Source: Trichosphaerium sp. ATCC 40318
Lineage: Eukaryota; Protista; Tubulinea
Direction of reading: 5' to 3'
NCBI GenBank assembly: GCA_038496445.1
Contig: JALMLS010000328.1
Location: 1 to 64,000 of the forward strand
Length of the DNA: 64,000 nt
Shown one piece after another: positions 25,542-38,873 of the stretch; position 1 is the first letter of the stretch; every line of letters begins with the position of its first letter. The position numbers and the translations under genes were made by a program. The notes beneath the pieces were generated by a model, which worked only from the letters and a program-made list of their open reading frames with translations, was not told the origin of the DNA and searched no databases.

Positions 25542-26515
25542 TACGAGCAGCTTAGAATACCTAAAATAAAATACGTGTTTTAACAATATCAGATTTATGA
25601 AATGCTTTCTTTTGCTATTCTCGTTTCTCTCGCTATGATGCAAGAGTAAGTAATGTACTGACAGGGTAAGTTCGTGCTTGCTGTTAAAAAAGACATGTTA
25701 TGCTTTGATAGTTTTGGTTGGGAGAAGTTCAGTCTTTTTTGTGTTCAAAAAAACTAACTCGAATTTGGAAAAAACTATCAATTCTGTAGTGGAGTGAACC
25801 ACTATAGTACGTATGCACTCTGTTAGAGCACTATAGATCCACACATACCACTTCTTAGTCTTAGGTACGCTTCAGTAGATTTACATTAAAATGGTTTCCT
25901 GAGTAAAACTTTTAAGTTAAACTGTTTGGTTTTCTTATCATGCCAAACTTGAAAAAGATTCTTGTTGGAATTGGGGTACCTCACAAGGGAGAGCCTGACG
26001 GTAACCTCGCAAGTTAAGTTTGCAAAACACGTTTTTTTGTCTATTTTCGTTCATAGGTAAAAATAACTTTAAACCATATGCCGAAGGGCAGTATTGTAAT
26101 ATTGCGAACAGCAGAAAACTGTGATGTGCAAGTTTCTTATTGTTATTCTTAGGATGCTCCTTCGGCAGGCCAAAGTCAATCAGTACTATATCTACCCTTA
26201 TGTGGTGTACCCTTACTCTTCCATCCATTGTAGCTCTATCGTGTAATGTATTGTTGATATACAGCGCTAAAGAATGAACAAGTTTCGCTCAGCTTGATGT
26301 CAAGTCATAGCAAAATGAGCTCACAAAAACTGAAGCCATTTTGCAACTATCATTATAACGAGCATTCACAGCGTCTAGGAAAGTACCAGTTAAAGAAGTG
26401 CGTAGGAACCTATTAAGGCGCATAAGTTAAGTCATCGTTTTTGGTTTATTTTAGTCTGCTTTTCAGCTAAAACAAACTGTTGATTACAAACACAATACAA
26501 AACAAATAGCTTCAC

Positions 26516-26776
26516 ATGGGCAAGATAACAATAAGCGACATCTTCTTTGCTACTACACTGGCTCTCACCGTCATTGTAGCAATTCCAGATCTAACAAAAT
26601 ATATTGATACCCATTGGCGTCAAGGAGTAAAGACTGGAGACTTTGATGAAGGTAGCTGTCCTCCGAAGGTGAATTCAGAAGAAAAGAAAGTTGTAAGTCT
26701 GTCAGACAGCGAAGGACACGACGAAGACTTCATGTACGACATGGGAGCTGACTATGCGAGCTGCAATATTTTGTAA
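26516..26776 (+). CDS. Small single-TM hypothetical protein (86 aa)
   Basis: Intact ATG ORF with N-terminal hydrophobic helix and acidic tail, between A-rich flanks. Confidence 0.55.
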   Translation: MGKITISDIFFATTLALTVIVAIPDLTKYIDTHWRQGVKTGDFDEGSCPPKVNSEEKKVVSLSDSEGHDEDFMYDMGADYASCNIL

Positions 26777-27036
26777 AAAGAGAAACCAAAAAGTGTAAAA
26801 TTAAGAACCAAAACCCTGTAAATAAATTGTTAGCCTTTTAAACTATGCGCCACAGTATGAACCAAAGCCAGCATTCAGAAGTTACACCTGTAATTCGCCA
26901 GAAAAATCAACAAATGCGCCATTCAAGGCCATGATGGACTGTACCTCGCGTAGTCCTCTGAAAGAAGCATGGTAAACAATAAAAGGTCCAAACGGCTGTA
27001 GTAAATGCCTTGACTTGCTTTATACTATTATCAACG

Positions 27037-28901
27037 ATGGCTGAGCCACTCACCAGTGAAGGTTATCAGCAATTTGATGCTGTTTCGTTAGTAGATTATT
27101 TAGTACAAAAAACGACGTAGCGAAACGTTTGGGCGGTTCTTGTAAGGAGTGGCGCGTTAAAGAGATAGGTGACGGCAATCTAAACTTTGTGTACATTGTA
27201 TCAGGACCAAACGGCTCAATGATCATAAAACAGGTGACACTGACGCGTGAATATGTTATTAATAGTGTCAGGCAGTGCCATTCATTCGATTAGTACCAGA
27301 TTGGCCCCTAACAACCAAACGCGCTTTTTTCGAATACACCACGCTCGTACAATCACATAGCTTCTTTATTGAAGTGTTATTAATGCTTATAAGAATAGTA
27401 GAAAAAAGAATACGAATGTATTCCTGAATTCGTCCCAGAGCCTCTATTTTTTGATGAAACGCATGCAATGATAGGTGAACAATATCTTGAGGGTTATATT
27501 ATTCTTCGGCAAGGACTTGTAGACGGCGTAGGCACGTGCTACCAATCGATTTTTTTATTTTTTTTTTTGAGCGTGTTTGAAGGTTTCTCGTATTTGACGC
27601 AAGTTCTAGTCTATCCTGATCTTGGAAAGCGTATAGGAAGATTCCTGGGACATACGTTGTTCTTCACTAGCGATTTTTATATGGACACTGCATCGAAGAA
27701 GGCTCTTGTAGGAGTTTATAGTGCAAATGTTCTTGCAGGAATAACCGAAAAAGTAGTATTTACGGATCCTTACTATCCTGCACCTCTTAACCGTCATACA
27801 ACACCTCAACTTGATGATACAGTTTCTAAGATACAATCAAGCTCAAAACTAAAGGTGAAGATAAACGCTCTACGATACAAGTTCCAGAATGCAACAGAAG
27901 CGTTGATTCATGGTACATTTTTTTTTCAGTTTTTTTTTTGTGAACAACGAGCATCAGCCAACCTTACTTTCCCTTTTGCTGCCCAATTTTGGTGCGAACT
28001 GTGCCGGCATTCTCAATTTGTATACCAAAGGGGGCGTAGCATAATGGTAGTGCATCTGACTCCAGATCAGAAGGTTGCGTGTTCGAGTCACGTCGCCCTC
28101 ATTGTTTTTTGATGTTTGTCCAAAATTTTCATGTTGACGTACCACCCAAGGCGATTTACATACTGGCTCCATTATGGTTGTAGAAGATAAAATGGCTGTA
28201 ATAGACGCTGAATTCTCTTTCGTTGGACCAATGGGATTTGACATTGGTACGCGGTTGATTGTTTTTTTGAATTTTTTAACAGCTTTAATCAACTAATGTA
28301 GGTGCAATTATTGGCAACCTTTTACTCTCATTCTATAGTCAAGAATCTCATGGTTTAGAAAAGAATCAAGTCAAAGAAAGGGGAGAATATAAAAACTATC
28401 TAGAGACTTGTGTACGATACAATTAAAAAGAAAAAAACTGTAACGGATTTTCGTTTGTAATTTTTTTTAAAGTTTGGTGTTAACCCACTATGTAGATTTC
28501 TCAAGTCTGGGATACCTTTTCAACTACTTTTAAGGAACTTGCTATGACCCACATCAACGATAACCCAGATCCTTTCTGGAGTGACATTGAGGCATATAAA
28601 ACGCGTATATCTTCTTTTTTGAAGATGGTGTTCAATGACACGTTAAATTTTGCAGGAGCAAAAGTACACGTGCTTTAATTTTTTTTGCAGCCAGCCATTT
28701 TTTTCTTACTTTTTGTTTTAGATGTTGCGACGTATTTTAGGTGTAGCTCATGTGCAAGACTTTGAGGCTATTAAAAATAATGATACACGTGCTATTGGAG
28801 AAGAAAAGGCTCTTGCTTTGGCTCAAGTGCTTATTTTAGTAGAGCCTGGAGATATAAACACGTGTCAACAACTGTTGAATAAAGCAAAAAGTATTGCTTA
28901 A
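27037..28901 (+). CDS. mtnK: 5-methylthioribose kinase (methionine salvage); multi-exon, apparent 1-nt frameshift in an A-run near 27110
   Basis: [72 protein letters not shown]. Confidence 0.93.
28030..28101 (+). tRNA. trnW: tRNA-Trp(CCA), intronic in mtnK
   Basis: Cloverleaf: acceptor GGGGGCG/CGCCCTC+A, D arm GCAT-AATGGT-AGTGC, anticodon arm TCTGA-CTCCAGA-TCAGA, T arm GCGTG-TTCGAGT-CACGT. A T-run terminator follows. Confidence 0.97.
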
Positions 28902-29168
28902 GTACCAAAAACTATTGCTAAGTTGAAGCTGTTTCTGTCAACATTAATTTAAAGTTGCAATATTGAGTGATATAAAAGCAATATGTGAGGAATCACTAAA
29001 CCGTCGAGTATTATTTAAGAACTCACAGTGTACGTGATTAAATGTTTCATGTATGTAGAATTCTCGTGAATTAGACATCAAGCAACCCAGTTTTTGCTTT
29101 GCGACCAAAAGTCAGAGTTTATGTTTACAAGCTTGCTCCTATTGTATGGATTATCACAAAAAACAAAA

Positions 29169-29296
29169 GATGAGTGTCGAATTGAAGTGTAGTCCGCTAC
29201 CTCCAGGTAGCCCGACATCGTTGTCAGGGCGGAGAGGTAAACAGAAGAATTACGTTTCGTCAGGAAATCTAAGATGACTGCACCTCGTGGCTCATC
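29169..29296. ncRNA. Candidate structured RNA of about 128 nt, family unassigned
   Basis: Nested stems GATGAGT/GCTCATC and GTGTAGTC/GACTGCAC enclose hairpins GCTACC/GGTAGC and CCGACA/TGTCAGG. GC-rich island. Confidence 0.4.
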
Positions 29297-30107
29297 GAGA
29301 TAATAACCAAGCCGTACCTGTTTTCAACACGAAAAAAACCAAAAGGTAAAAAAATGTGGTTGAAAAGTACTCAAATTTCCCACAGTTGGAATTTTTTTTA
29401 CACGTATACGGCTCAATAGACAACAACAATACGTATTACAGTAAAACAAGCCTACCTTTTTAGCATGCTGATGAGTTGTGTTTTATTTTTGGACACAGAG
29501 CTCTTTAGGGTGGCTCTGGCGTTTTCTACGCGTTATAATACATATTGCGGCGCTTTGAAGCGGCTTGATGGTTGAAAGTTCGTTTCGCCTTCAAACTAGT
29601 TCAAAAACACCGTTAATACTCTATTTTGCTTATTTGAACCTAGTAAGCTTACGTCATCTACAATCCAACCAACGGAAGTGATTTTAGAATCGAGTAGAAT
29701 CCAGGATTTGACCCGAAATAACGCTATTTTGTTTTAGCGCTAAGCCTGATTTTTCAGGAGGGTTTGTGAGCATAGGTAACCTTGTGCAACTCTGCAAGCT
29801 ACACCGCTAGTGTATCCTTATAAAGTACTTCACGTGAGTATAAAAGCAGAAAGTCACGTGCGCGCTACAAATCGATAGTGGCCTTTTACAAAGTAGGCTT
29901 AGCGCTACAATACAATAACGTTATTTCAAATCAAATCCCAAGTTGTCTCTGATGACACGAATTATTCCCCTGTCCGTGCCTATGTGTCTACAAGTAAGCC
30001 ACTTATGTACTATACGACACTGCCCTTGAGATCGGCCAATGAACTAATAACAATAGAAGTGTACAATCGTGTTTTATTTTGCCAAAGGAAACATTAGCCT
30101 GAACACA

Positions 30108-32048
30108 TTAATCTGTATCAGTTGTTGTATCGGATTCCTTTCGGATATTTCTCACAGAATTACTGCCAGTTGTACTCCTCTTTAAAGTATTAGGCTGGAA
30201 CGAGTAAACCTATGAACAATGCATTAGCTTAGAGCTTGGGTTTTCATGTCACGTGTTTACGCACTTGTAGAATGGATAACAAAGTTTGAGATGTATAGCT
30301 TGCCCCAAAAGCGTAAAGTGCTTTCTCTAAGTCAAATTCTGGAGGGAGAATCAAGACGATAAGGCTAATGATAAGTACAACAAGTAAGAAAGAGTTTGCA
30401 GCTAATCGGAATAATATCTACATTACCAGTCAAACGTTAAGTATACAATTAGGAAACTCGTACTTTTTTCATAAGCTTGTTGCCTTTTATCTCACTGCTA
30501 AATCCTCCAGCTCGTAGGAACACCTTGAACAACAATAAGTTACTTGTCAATTTATCATTAAACTAAAAAGCACAGCACACGCTGATTATTGTAAATCAAG
30601 TTCTGATAAGAAAAGCTTGAGAAACATGAAAAGGACATTTGATAAAAACTTCTGAGAAGTTCAGTTGTACGTACCATTGTCAAAATAACACATGCATAAA
30701 CCAACGCAGCAAAGTTTACCAGAATACCGAATACTTGAGGCATACGTAATATTTCTATAGGTGTTCTACCAGTAGCGACACGTAGAGTGGCAACTAAGAA
30801 TTCAAACCCGATCAAGATAGAACTTAGAACAAGAATAGCTATCTTAAACTTTGTTGATTTCAAAAACACATTGAGTTGAATGCCTTTTGAAACAAGTGCT
30901 TCATGCCTGTTACAAAAAAGTCAAAATCACGTGACATCTGTTATAGTAAACATACCAAAACATGACGATCATAACGTTTGTTATTGTAGAAAAAGGGAAC
31001 GACACATAAAGCATAAAATCATCGAATTTAGGTGAGTAAAGTAGATTAGATCCAAGAAAATTTATAATGTAGATAAGCCTCACTAAACGTAATTAATCAG
31101 CACGTGCATCGCATGATTTAATAAAAAGCGCACAAGTATTAGCTATTATTTCTATTATGATAGCTACTATGCCAAGAGAAAGAACAAACAATTGACCCTG
31201 TCGATAATACTGAAAAAGCCTAAACAGCATTATTAGTTTCAGACGATTTGTGTTGCACTCATTTAATTACCTTACGAAGCACAATATTAATGCGATAATA
31301 CATAAAAACGACACTATACTTTGTACAACAATAAAGGGAACACTTCTGTACAGACCGTGACAAGGATTGAAAGCTATTATGGCAAAACATAAGCAGGAAT
31401 AAATTTACAAAAATAGTCGCACTTGTGGTAATAGTTACTCTCACTGTATCGTTCAAAATTCCCTCCGAATCGCCGTCCGATACCTCTACTATTGGTATTG
31501 TAATCCTCCTAAGACTCCGGTCTAAATATACATGAGGAAGTGTCTACGACGTAAAATGACGTTTGAATAGGCTACTTCACTGAAATCAAACTTAGCAGGA
31601 AAGACTGATCTTTTTCGCCCCACAAAAATTATCACGTGATTTGTCGGATGGCTTACCATAATTGAAGTACATAGAACAACCAATATTAGAAAAGAACGAT
31701 GGCTTTGAATAGATAATAGCCACAGCCCCTGAATCCGCAGCAGTTAGTAAATTCTCTGTGGAGACTTGGGAAACAGGTAGATACACTGCTGAGCCTAGTT
31801 TACAATGATGAGTACAAATAAGACAAAAAGGTGTCAGACAAACTCTAACCTGATACAACATTATCAATTAGGGAAACTGGAGCGTCTTCTATTGCTGTAA
31901 AGTGTAGGGAGTTACCACCGAATATTAGGGGTGTTGAAAAAATTGTTAAGCTCTCTCCAGATGCAGTTCCGTTAATAACTGTTACATTAGCGTGTACTAT
32001 ATGGATGAAGGCGAAAAGCGTCAATATGAATGCACAAGCTCCCTTCAT
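30108..32048 (-). CDS. Signal peptide + PA (protease-associated)-like domain + multipass TM receptor-like protein; multi-exon
   Basis: MKGACAFILTLFAFIHIVHA signal peptide. AADSGAVAIIYS and ITIPIVEVS are PA-domain-like motifs. Several TM exons and an S/T-rich tail follow. Confidence 0.7.
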
Positions 32049-32284
32049 AGTGGTGTATTTCTTGTTACACAAAAAAAACCACATTAACTTTTTTACAAAG
32101 TCCGAAAAAAACACCATGATGTTACTATTACAACATATTTAACAACTTTGGAGTTCCGAAAGAATGGTGGATAAAATTAGTGATATCACTAACTCACAAC
32201 AATTGCATCGGTATGAAAGTGGCGTAATTTCTACGTAAAGTTAAGACAACAGAACTCTTTGGCACGTTTTTCATCGTACGAATC

Positions 32285-33200
32285 ATGTCTACTACAACTT
32301 ACAAGTTTCCACTCTGTATGGCGTTTATACGCGTAGGAGAGCCGGGATCTGGTATTAGTTTGCGTTTTGAAGCTTATTTAAGCAAGTGCTATGAAGCCGA
32401 ATTTTCTGCTCCCAAAAAATAAAACTGAGCGAATTTTCATGTTATAATAATACTCAATGTAGCTTCATTGGTATACACAGCAATACACTCCAATGACAGG
32501 CAATTCGCACAATATCAGGCTTCATTGCCGGAAAGAGGAAACTGTAAGCAAACATGTGACCTTCGTAAAAAAAAGCGCTTTAGAGCAATAAAACGTCACA
32601 AAAGGAAATAGGTACTACTTAGAATTTTCTGGACGTCCGCACTGTCCGTATTTCCAGACTTTTTGAAAACCTATGCACCTCCCAAACAAGAATGCTACTG
32701 ACATCTTTGTGTTGTTTATTGTAAAACTCCGTGATTGCAAAGTTTCTCCCAAACTACGGAAATTTCTGGTTTCATCTGGAAAAATCCAAGCGCTGTAGTT
32801 ATATTTTTTGTGCAACGTGTTGTATCAACTCTGTAATAGAATGGTTCCAAGGTCCTTCATACAATCTCATACTATAGATTTCAAAGATTGTTTTCACAAC
32901 AGAGCATTCTAGAAGCGCTCACCGAAGTCAAACATGTTTCATACAACGGAAAAATTGCAACGGAATTAAACTACTAATATTATTCTCTACAAAATCGCAG
33001 TGTCGATTCAAATCACTGAGCAACCATTATTGTGTCTACTTACGCCAATTCAAGAGATAGATGTTTGGAAAGTAGCTTTCAACACCGCCATTTCATTGTT
33101 TCAAAATACTGTCTTCACTGAAGATTGTTTCAGGAACAATGCCTATATTAGGTAACCTATTTACAGTTGGCGAAGCAAAGTGACATCATCTATAGCTAGT
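32285..33200 (+). CDS. Possible multi-exon hypothetical gene
   Basis: Short open segments bounded by GT/AG with compatible phases. No recognisable motif. Confidence 0.3.
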
Positions 33201-33386
33201 ACGTTTTAAGTGTTGGGGTGTATGTGTCAGCCCAATGCGGAACTATTGCCTATTTAGGTACTAGCTTGCAGGTGAAGCGCCTCTATTTATAAGAACTTGC
33301 TTACGCGTGTAACTTAATAAGCATTATTTTATTCTGACACGTGTGTAACAGCGCAAACAAACTGTTGAAATTACGTTTACACTACA

Positions 33387-36251
33387 ATGCTTTACTTTCA
33401 TGAGTGGCAGGTAATGTTTAAGGGAAAAAAACCGTTCTGTTATCTAATACGTTATTTAAGACACTCATATGGGGTATATACCTTATGAGCGTAGCAGGGA
33501 CGATATACGTTTTCCCTGCTTATTCTGTTGATCTAAGACGAGCATTAAACATTCACAACACGCAAGATATTAACAGGTAATAGCGTTTTTGAGTACTGAA
33601 AGCGCAAACAAACAATATTTTGACTATTTTATAGAATTGGAACGTTTTTAAACGTTGGTACATGGTTCTCCGTCGTAGGAGGTTTATTGTACGTTGTTAT
33701 TTAGCGATATGAGTCTGTTTCCTAAAATGATTTTTTACAACTGTTCTGACGAATTCATTTAGGTACGACAAATATGGTCCACGTATCTGTGGTATTGTTG
33801 GTTCAGTATTCGTAGCTTTAGGGTACGTACTTGTTATTACAATCTTAAATCTCATAATTTTCGATAGATATTTCCTAATGTATCTTGCAGCAAATGGTGC
33901 GTAAGGAGGGTGCTTTATGCGTTTTTCCTACTTTTGAGACTGTTTTGGAAAAAGCCAAAAAACCGCGAAAATGCCTAGTAAATATCCAAGTAAAATCCAC
34001 AAGCAATACGCTTGCTGTTATATATTTACCACAAACGATATTTGATATGATCAATTGTGGTCTAGATTGTGATTCTGGAGGCGGACTGGAATTTTTTTTT
34101 TGAATTATTCTTTAGATTTTTCTTCAGTTCTTTTGCTCCATTTTTTTGATTTACAGTTATACGTAGGTACATTTACGGCATCTTCTTGGGTCATTTGCAT
34201 ATTTGCTTTCATGGCTGGACAAGGCTCATCTTATTTATACACCGTTTCATTGAACACAAGCATAAAAAATTTCATGCCTGAAAATAGAGGCCAAGTAAGA
34301 ATTCTTCGGTTTTTCGATTTCTTGCTATCTGTTTTCAAAACGCACTTTTTAACTGGTTTAATTAGGTAGCCGGTGTGCTTATAACGTTCTTTGGATTATG
34401 TTCTGGCATTGTACAACATTCAAAAATGCATAAATCATCTTGTCTCACTTTATTATCTTTAGTATACACAACTTTACAAGGGTTTTTTCACACATGATGT
34501 TGCTACTCTACTCCTATTTTTATCAATTATAGTAGCAAGTGTTGGACTTGTTGGTTGTACGGATTTTATACCGATCTAATTACACGCTATGTTAGCAAAA
34601 TGACTAAGACTAATTGTTTAGCTTTGTTCTCAAATACATTACCTTCGAAAGCTAAGATTGAGACAACATCTGAACGACTCAGATTTTACTTGGCTTATGG
34701 TCTTGGTATAGCTATTATTGTTGCTATTTTCATTAGTAGTATTACTCCTGGTACGGATCACGTGAAAGAAATTAAAAAAAACAAAACAAACAAAGTGTTT
34801 TATTGACGTAAATGTTTAGTTGTTATTAAAAAGTCGTGCGAGCATGATACTTGCTCTGATAAAACAAACAGTACCTTGCATACCCTTGGTTATTTTTTTG
34901 CTATTCTATTGCTTGTGATGCTTGGTTGCTATCAATTATTTGTTATTGGTGCTGGAAAGTGGATTTCTTCTGAAGCAACAAGAGATGACACCGTATACAC
35001 AGATGATGATATTCTATCTTTGGGTTCTAGTGAAGATCAACCACCTACTACTAAACAGTATAATCTAATTCAAACATTGTGTACTGTAGAATTTTACTTA
35101 ATATTCTTTATTTTCCTGGGGTACGTAAGGGCGAAAAACAAAAGCAGAAAAAAATAGGAATGCTTTTTGGGTTTTTTTAAAAGTTGCCCTCCACCCGTTT
35201 TGAGGTCTCGGACTTATTTTTCCTTAGAGGTATTGGTTCTGGTATAACTATTTTAAATAATCTTGCTGAGCTTGTTATATCTAAAGATACTTCATTAGTC
35301 ACAAACAACCCGTACGCCCTTTTTATTTTTACAGCATTTTTTCAATTGTTGTAAAAATCTTTGTCCACTTTTCTTGTTTCTTATCTCGTTTTATAGTGTA
35401 GGTATTGACTCAAAACTCCTTCCGCAAGCAACTATTACATTAGTATCATTATTTTCCGTATTCAATACAAGTGGAAGAATGATAGTTGGATTTTTTTCGG
35501 ACAGATATTTGAACGAGGTTAGATCAAATTGGCTTATTATTTCTATTTTCGGCATGTTGATGACACAAGTGTATTTCGTATTTGCATCAGTACGTTGTTT
35601 TACATCAAGCAAATAAGCTAATTTGCTATTATAACGTAAAATAATCACTAAACCATCCTAGATACCAATGATGTACGCGGGAATAGTATTATTAGGTAAG
35701 TTGTACTTTTTTTTACTACTTTTTTTCCATTGCTAGAACCTCTTTCTTAATATCCTCTAGGCCTTAGTTATGGTGGTTTATTCTGTATAATGTACTACTT
35801 ACATACAATGGAGGCTATTATTTGCTTATCATTTTATCCTAGACCTACAATTGTAAGTGAGATCTTTGGGTTAAAGAACTTTGGTGCGAACTATGGATTA
35901 GTTGGTTTAGCACCTGCTATTGGTAGCGAACTGTTAGCTACGCTCTTAGCAGGAAGTTTTAATGATTATTATAAAAAGTATAAATGGGTTCTTGTAACTC
36001 AATCCAATGAAAGCTTGAAGCACTGCGTTGGTACGGAACGTTGAAAAACGATGTCATCAAAAAAAAGTTGATGTTTTTGATAAGTTCACGTGCTGATTTT
36101 CTTTCTAGGGCCGTTATGCTACAGATTGACATTTATCATCACATCTGGTGTATGCTTTATATGTTTTGTTCTCGCGATATTATTAAGGAGTGTACAATTA
36201 CGTAATAAGCAAAGAGAAAAGAATCAAATGTATTCTCCTGTAGTACAATAA
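33387..36251 (+). CDS. Nodulin-like / Mch1-type major facilitator superfamily transporter; multi-exon
   Basis: AGTIYVFPAYS, YDKYGPR, TSIKNFMPENRG, FNTSGRMIVGFFSD, PTIVSEIFGLKNFGANYG, CVG...CYRLTF. Confidence 0.9.
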
Positions 36252-36613
36252 ATAAACAATTTTCCAATGTGACAGCAACTATTTTCTGTTGTGCCTTAAT
36301 AATAAGGGCTCCTTTGCCAAAGTTGTATCAAGTTTTCAGACTCTACAAGGAATTTGCTTTTCTCGGTATACCACTTTATTTTCGAGCTGGCACGAAGCAC
36401 TCTGAATTCCTTAATAACAATTATTTCAGAAAGATTGTGATAAGGCTTATGTAACCATTCCTAATCTGGAGCTTCTATCTAATAGACGATCGTTTATAAC
36501 AGCTTTGAAAAAAGGTCTAAGTAATTACGTAGATGTTTGTGGGTTCCGTTTTTGGGGCTTTTTTTGGCAGTAATGTAGTGGTGAAAGCAGTTCCATTTTA
36601 TTAACTAGTTTAC

Positions 36614-37766
36614 TTATACTTTTTCGACTGCTGTAAAAAAGCCCGAACTACATATTATGTAGGTGCATCTGCATTGCCTTCTATTTGACAACACAGGGAA
36701 AGGGATACGCCGGCTCCGCCGTAAGCTGTTGGCTACCTTCAACTGCTTTAACAATTTAGTACTTTTTACAACTTTTGATGTTCCAACCTTACTACCCATT
36801 GGATACAAGGATAGTAAGTACGGAAGGTAAATTTAAATACAAAACTATATTCAGTTAATTAACCGGGATGCACACGTGCTCCGTGAGGACTCGGGGAACA
36901 TAACGATATACAAGCATAGCTTGTACTTATTTACACATAAAAACCTAATTCGTACATCAATAACATCTTCTTTGAAACCCTTTCACATGTCAATTACTCA
37001 GCATACATCAACCGGAAAAACTGAGCTTATTACATTATTACCAACAGAGCCAGTTGAGCACAGTATGCGAATGGGAAAACCAAACAATATACAACTTGTG
37101 CACACGATGAAATAACAGACTTAGGCTTGACACGCTTAGTTAATCTGGAATTCTTGTCTTCTTTTAGACGCAACATGGCTAACAGATCCTTTTTGACACA
37201 TTTGACATCTCTCACGTGTATTGAAAACCAAGGATATGATCGGATTAAAACACACTCTTCTGATGATCTGGGTTTAACTCGATTAACAAAACTGAACAAT
37301 CTTTAGAGCTTTGTACTTAGTAATATCTCAAAAATACTCTGCAAATGTCTTATCGTCGCGTTACAATGTACACATGGAAAACATACTTTAATAAAGCACA
37401 TAAGTTTAATCACATAACCTGCAATGTAAAACCAGATAGTAGTGGTTGAACAAGCCATACATTTGTTGGATTCGTATAAAAAGAACAACAATATAAGCAT
37501 AGCTGAGATACATCAAACACGTTTCTGTTATCTTTAGAACTGTGAGATTTCAAGATTACGCCAGTCAACATAGAAATACCTACTGTGATTTTGTTACAAC
37601 ATGAATGAACTTGAGTGCTTATTCCGAAAAGTGAACTCCTAGACACCAGTCGGTGCCCATTGTTTGAATCGACACGAAGACTCTTGTCCTTTGTAATATA
37701 ATCGCTTCCATAGATTTTAACATGCGCACCAGGGGTGTAAGATCTGTTAATTTTCAGTTTTGACAA
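36614..37766 (-). CDS. Possible hypothetical gene (chain of minus-strand ORFs)
   Basis: ORFs 37410..37766, 37030..37299 and 36614..36808 lie on the same strand. No motif recognised. Confidence 0.3.
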
Positions 37767-38132
37767 TAAACTTCACTTTAAATCAGAGTTATTCGTGAAA
37801 TCTTGGTGTAGTTTGTATTATTCACAACAATGTACCGAAAGGTTTTATTAAGTAAGCTATATTTTTCGCCTAATACGTGCTGAAAAATTTTCATAACAAT
37901 CTATTTTAAGAACTCTTTAGCACGGGACGATACAATAGCTCAGGACATTGTTATTCCAGTAATATTCGTTTTTACGTAACACAATTACATGAAACTCCGG
38001 ATGGCGCTAAAAAAATGTTGAACTTGGATTTATCAATTTTATTTTTTTTTCTTTGTGACTTCGATGAAATTTCAGACTCTCTTTGTGTGTGTATAAAACA
38101 TAAACTAACAAACATAAAACAGTTAACAACAA

Positions 38133-38873
38133 ATGGATACATACAAAGTAGTAGTACTAGGAGAAGGCGGTGTCGGCAAATCCGCATTAACAGTGCAGGT
38201 ACAACATCAGTGTTTGACGCTTTTTTTTTTTTGGTTCAGTTCAGTCAGCGAGTTGTTCTGACTTTACTGTAGTTTGTACAAGGACTCTTCGTTACAAAAT
38301 ACGATCCTACAATAGAAGACTCATACAGAAAGCTTGTAGAGATAGATGACAAGCATATGATGCTCGGTACGGCATGGAGTTAAGTGATTAAGTTTATTTA
38401 TTTTTTTTGCCTTAGAAATTCTTGATACAGCTGGAACAGACCAGTTTCGCGCCATGAGAGATTTGTACATGAAAAATGGTCGTGGATTTGTCTTGGTATA
38501 CAGTACAATAGCAAGATCAACTTTCATGGCTATACCAGACCTAAGGGAGAAGATTCTTAGAGTTAAAGATACCGACAGTGTAAGTTGTATTTTATCTATT
38601 TTTTGAATTAGACTCTTCTGACGTCACTGATAGGTCCCTATGGTAATCGTTGGTAATAAATGTGATCTTACAGATGAACGTGTAGTTCCTACAGATCAAG
38701 GTGAAGCACTAGCAAGGAAGTTTAATGCTTCTTTTATGGAGTCTTCAGCGAGAACAAAATTAAATGTCAACGAAATTTTCTTTACACTTGCAAGAAAAAT
38801 ACTCGAAACAGAGCCTTCTAAGCCATCCAAAAAGGAGAAGAAACCAAAAAGGAAACCATGTATGATATTGTAA
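38133..38873 (+). CDS. RAP1: Rap1-type Ras-family small GTPase; 4 exons
   Basis: [42 protein letters not shown] (Rap-type Thr61), NKCDL, ESSA, CAAX box CMIL. Confidence 0.95.

Noticed and set aside
25602-26280. Possible small multi-exon gene starting MLSFAILVSLAMMQ
   Set aside because: Exon phases are ambiguous and no motif is recognisable, so it cannot be supported.
27100-27120. In-frame stop/frameshift early in mtnK, suggesting a pseudogene or programmed frameshift
   Set aside because: Adding one A to the A-run restores the frame. Similar single-base homopolymer slips occur in HELQ and the last F-box gene, pointing to assembly error. Read-level checking is needed.
29255-29265. CTGACGA on the minus strand resembling a hammerhead ribozyme core
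   Set aside because: No stem II followed by GAAA in the required arrangement.
29876-29900. GCCTTTTAC resembling U5 snRNA loop 1
   Set aside because: The flanks do not form the U5 stem around the loop and no Sm site follows.
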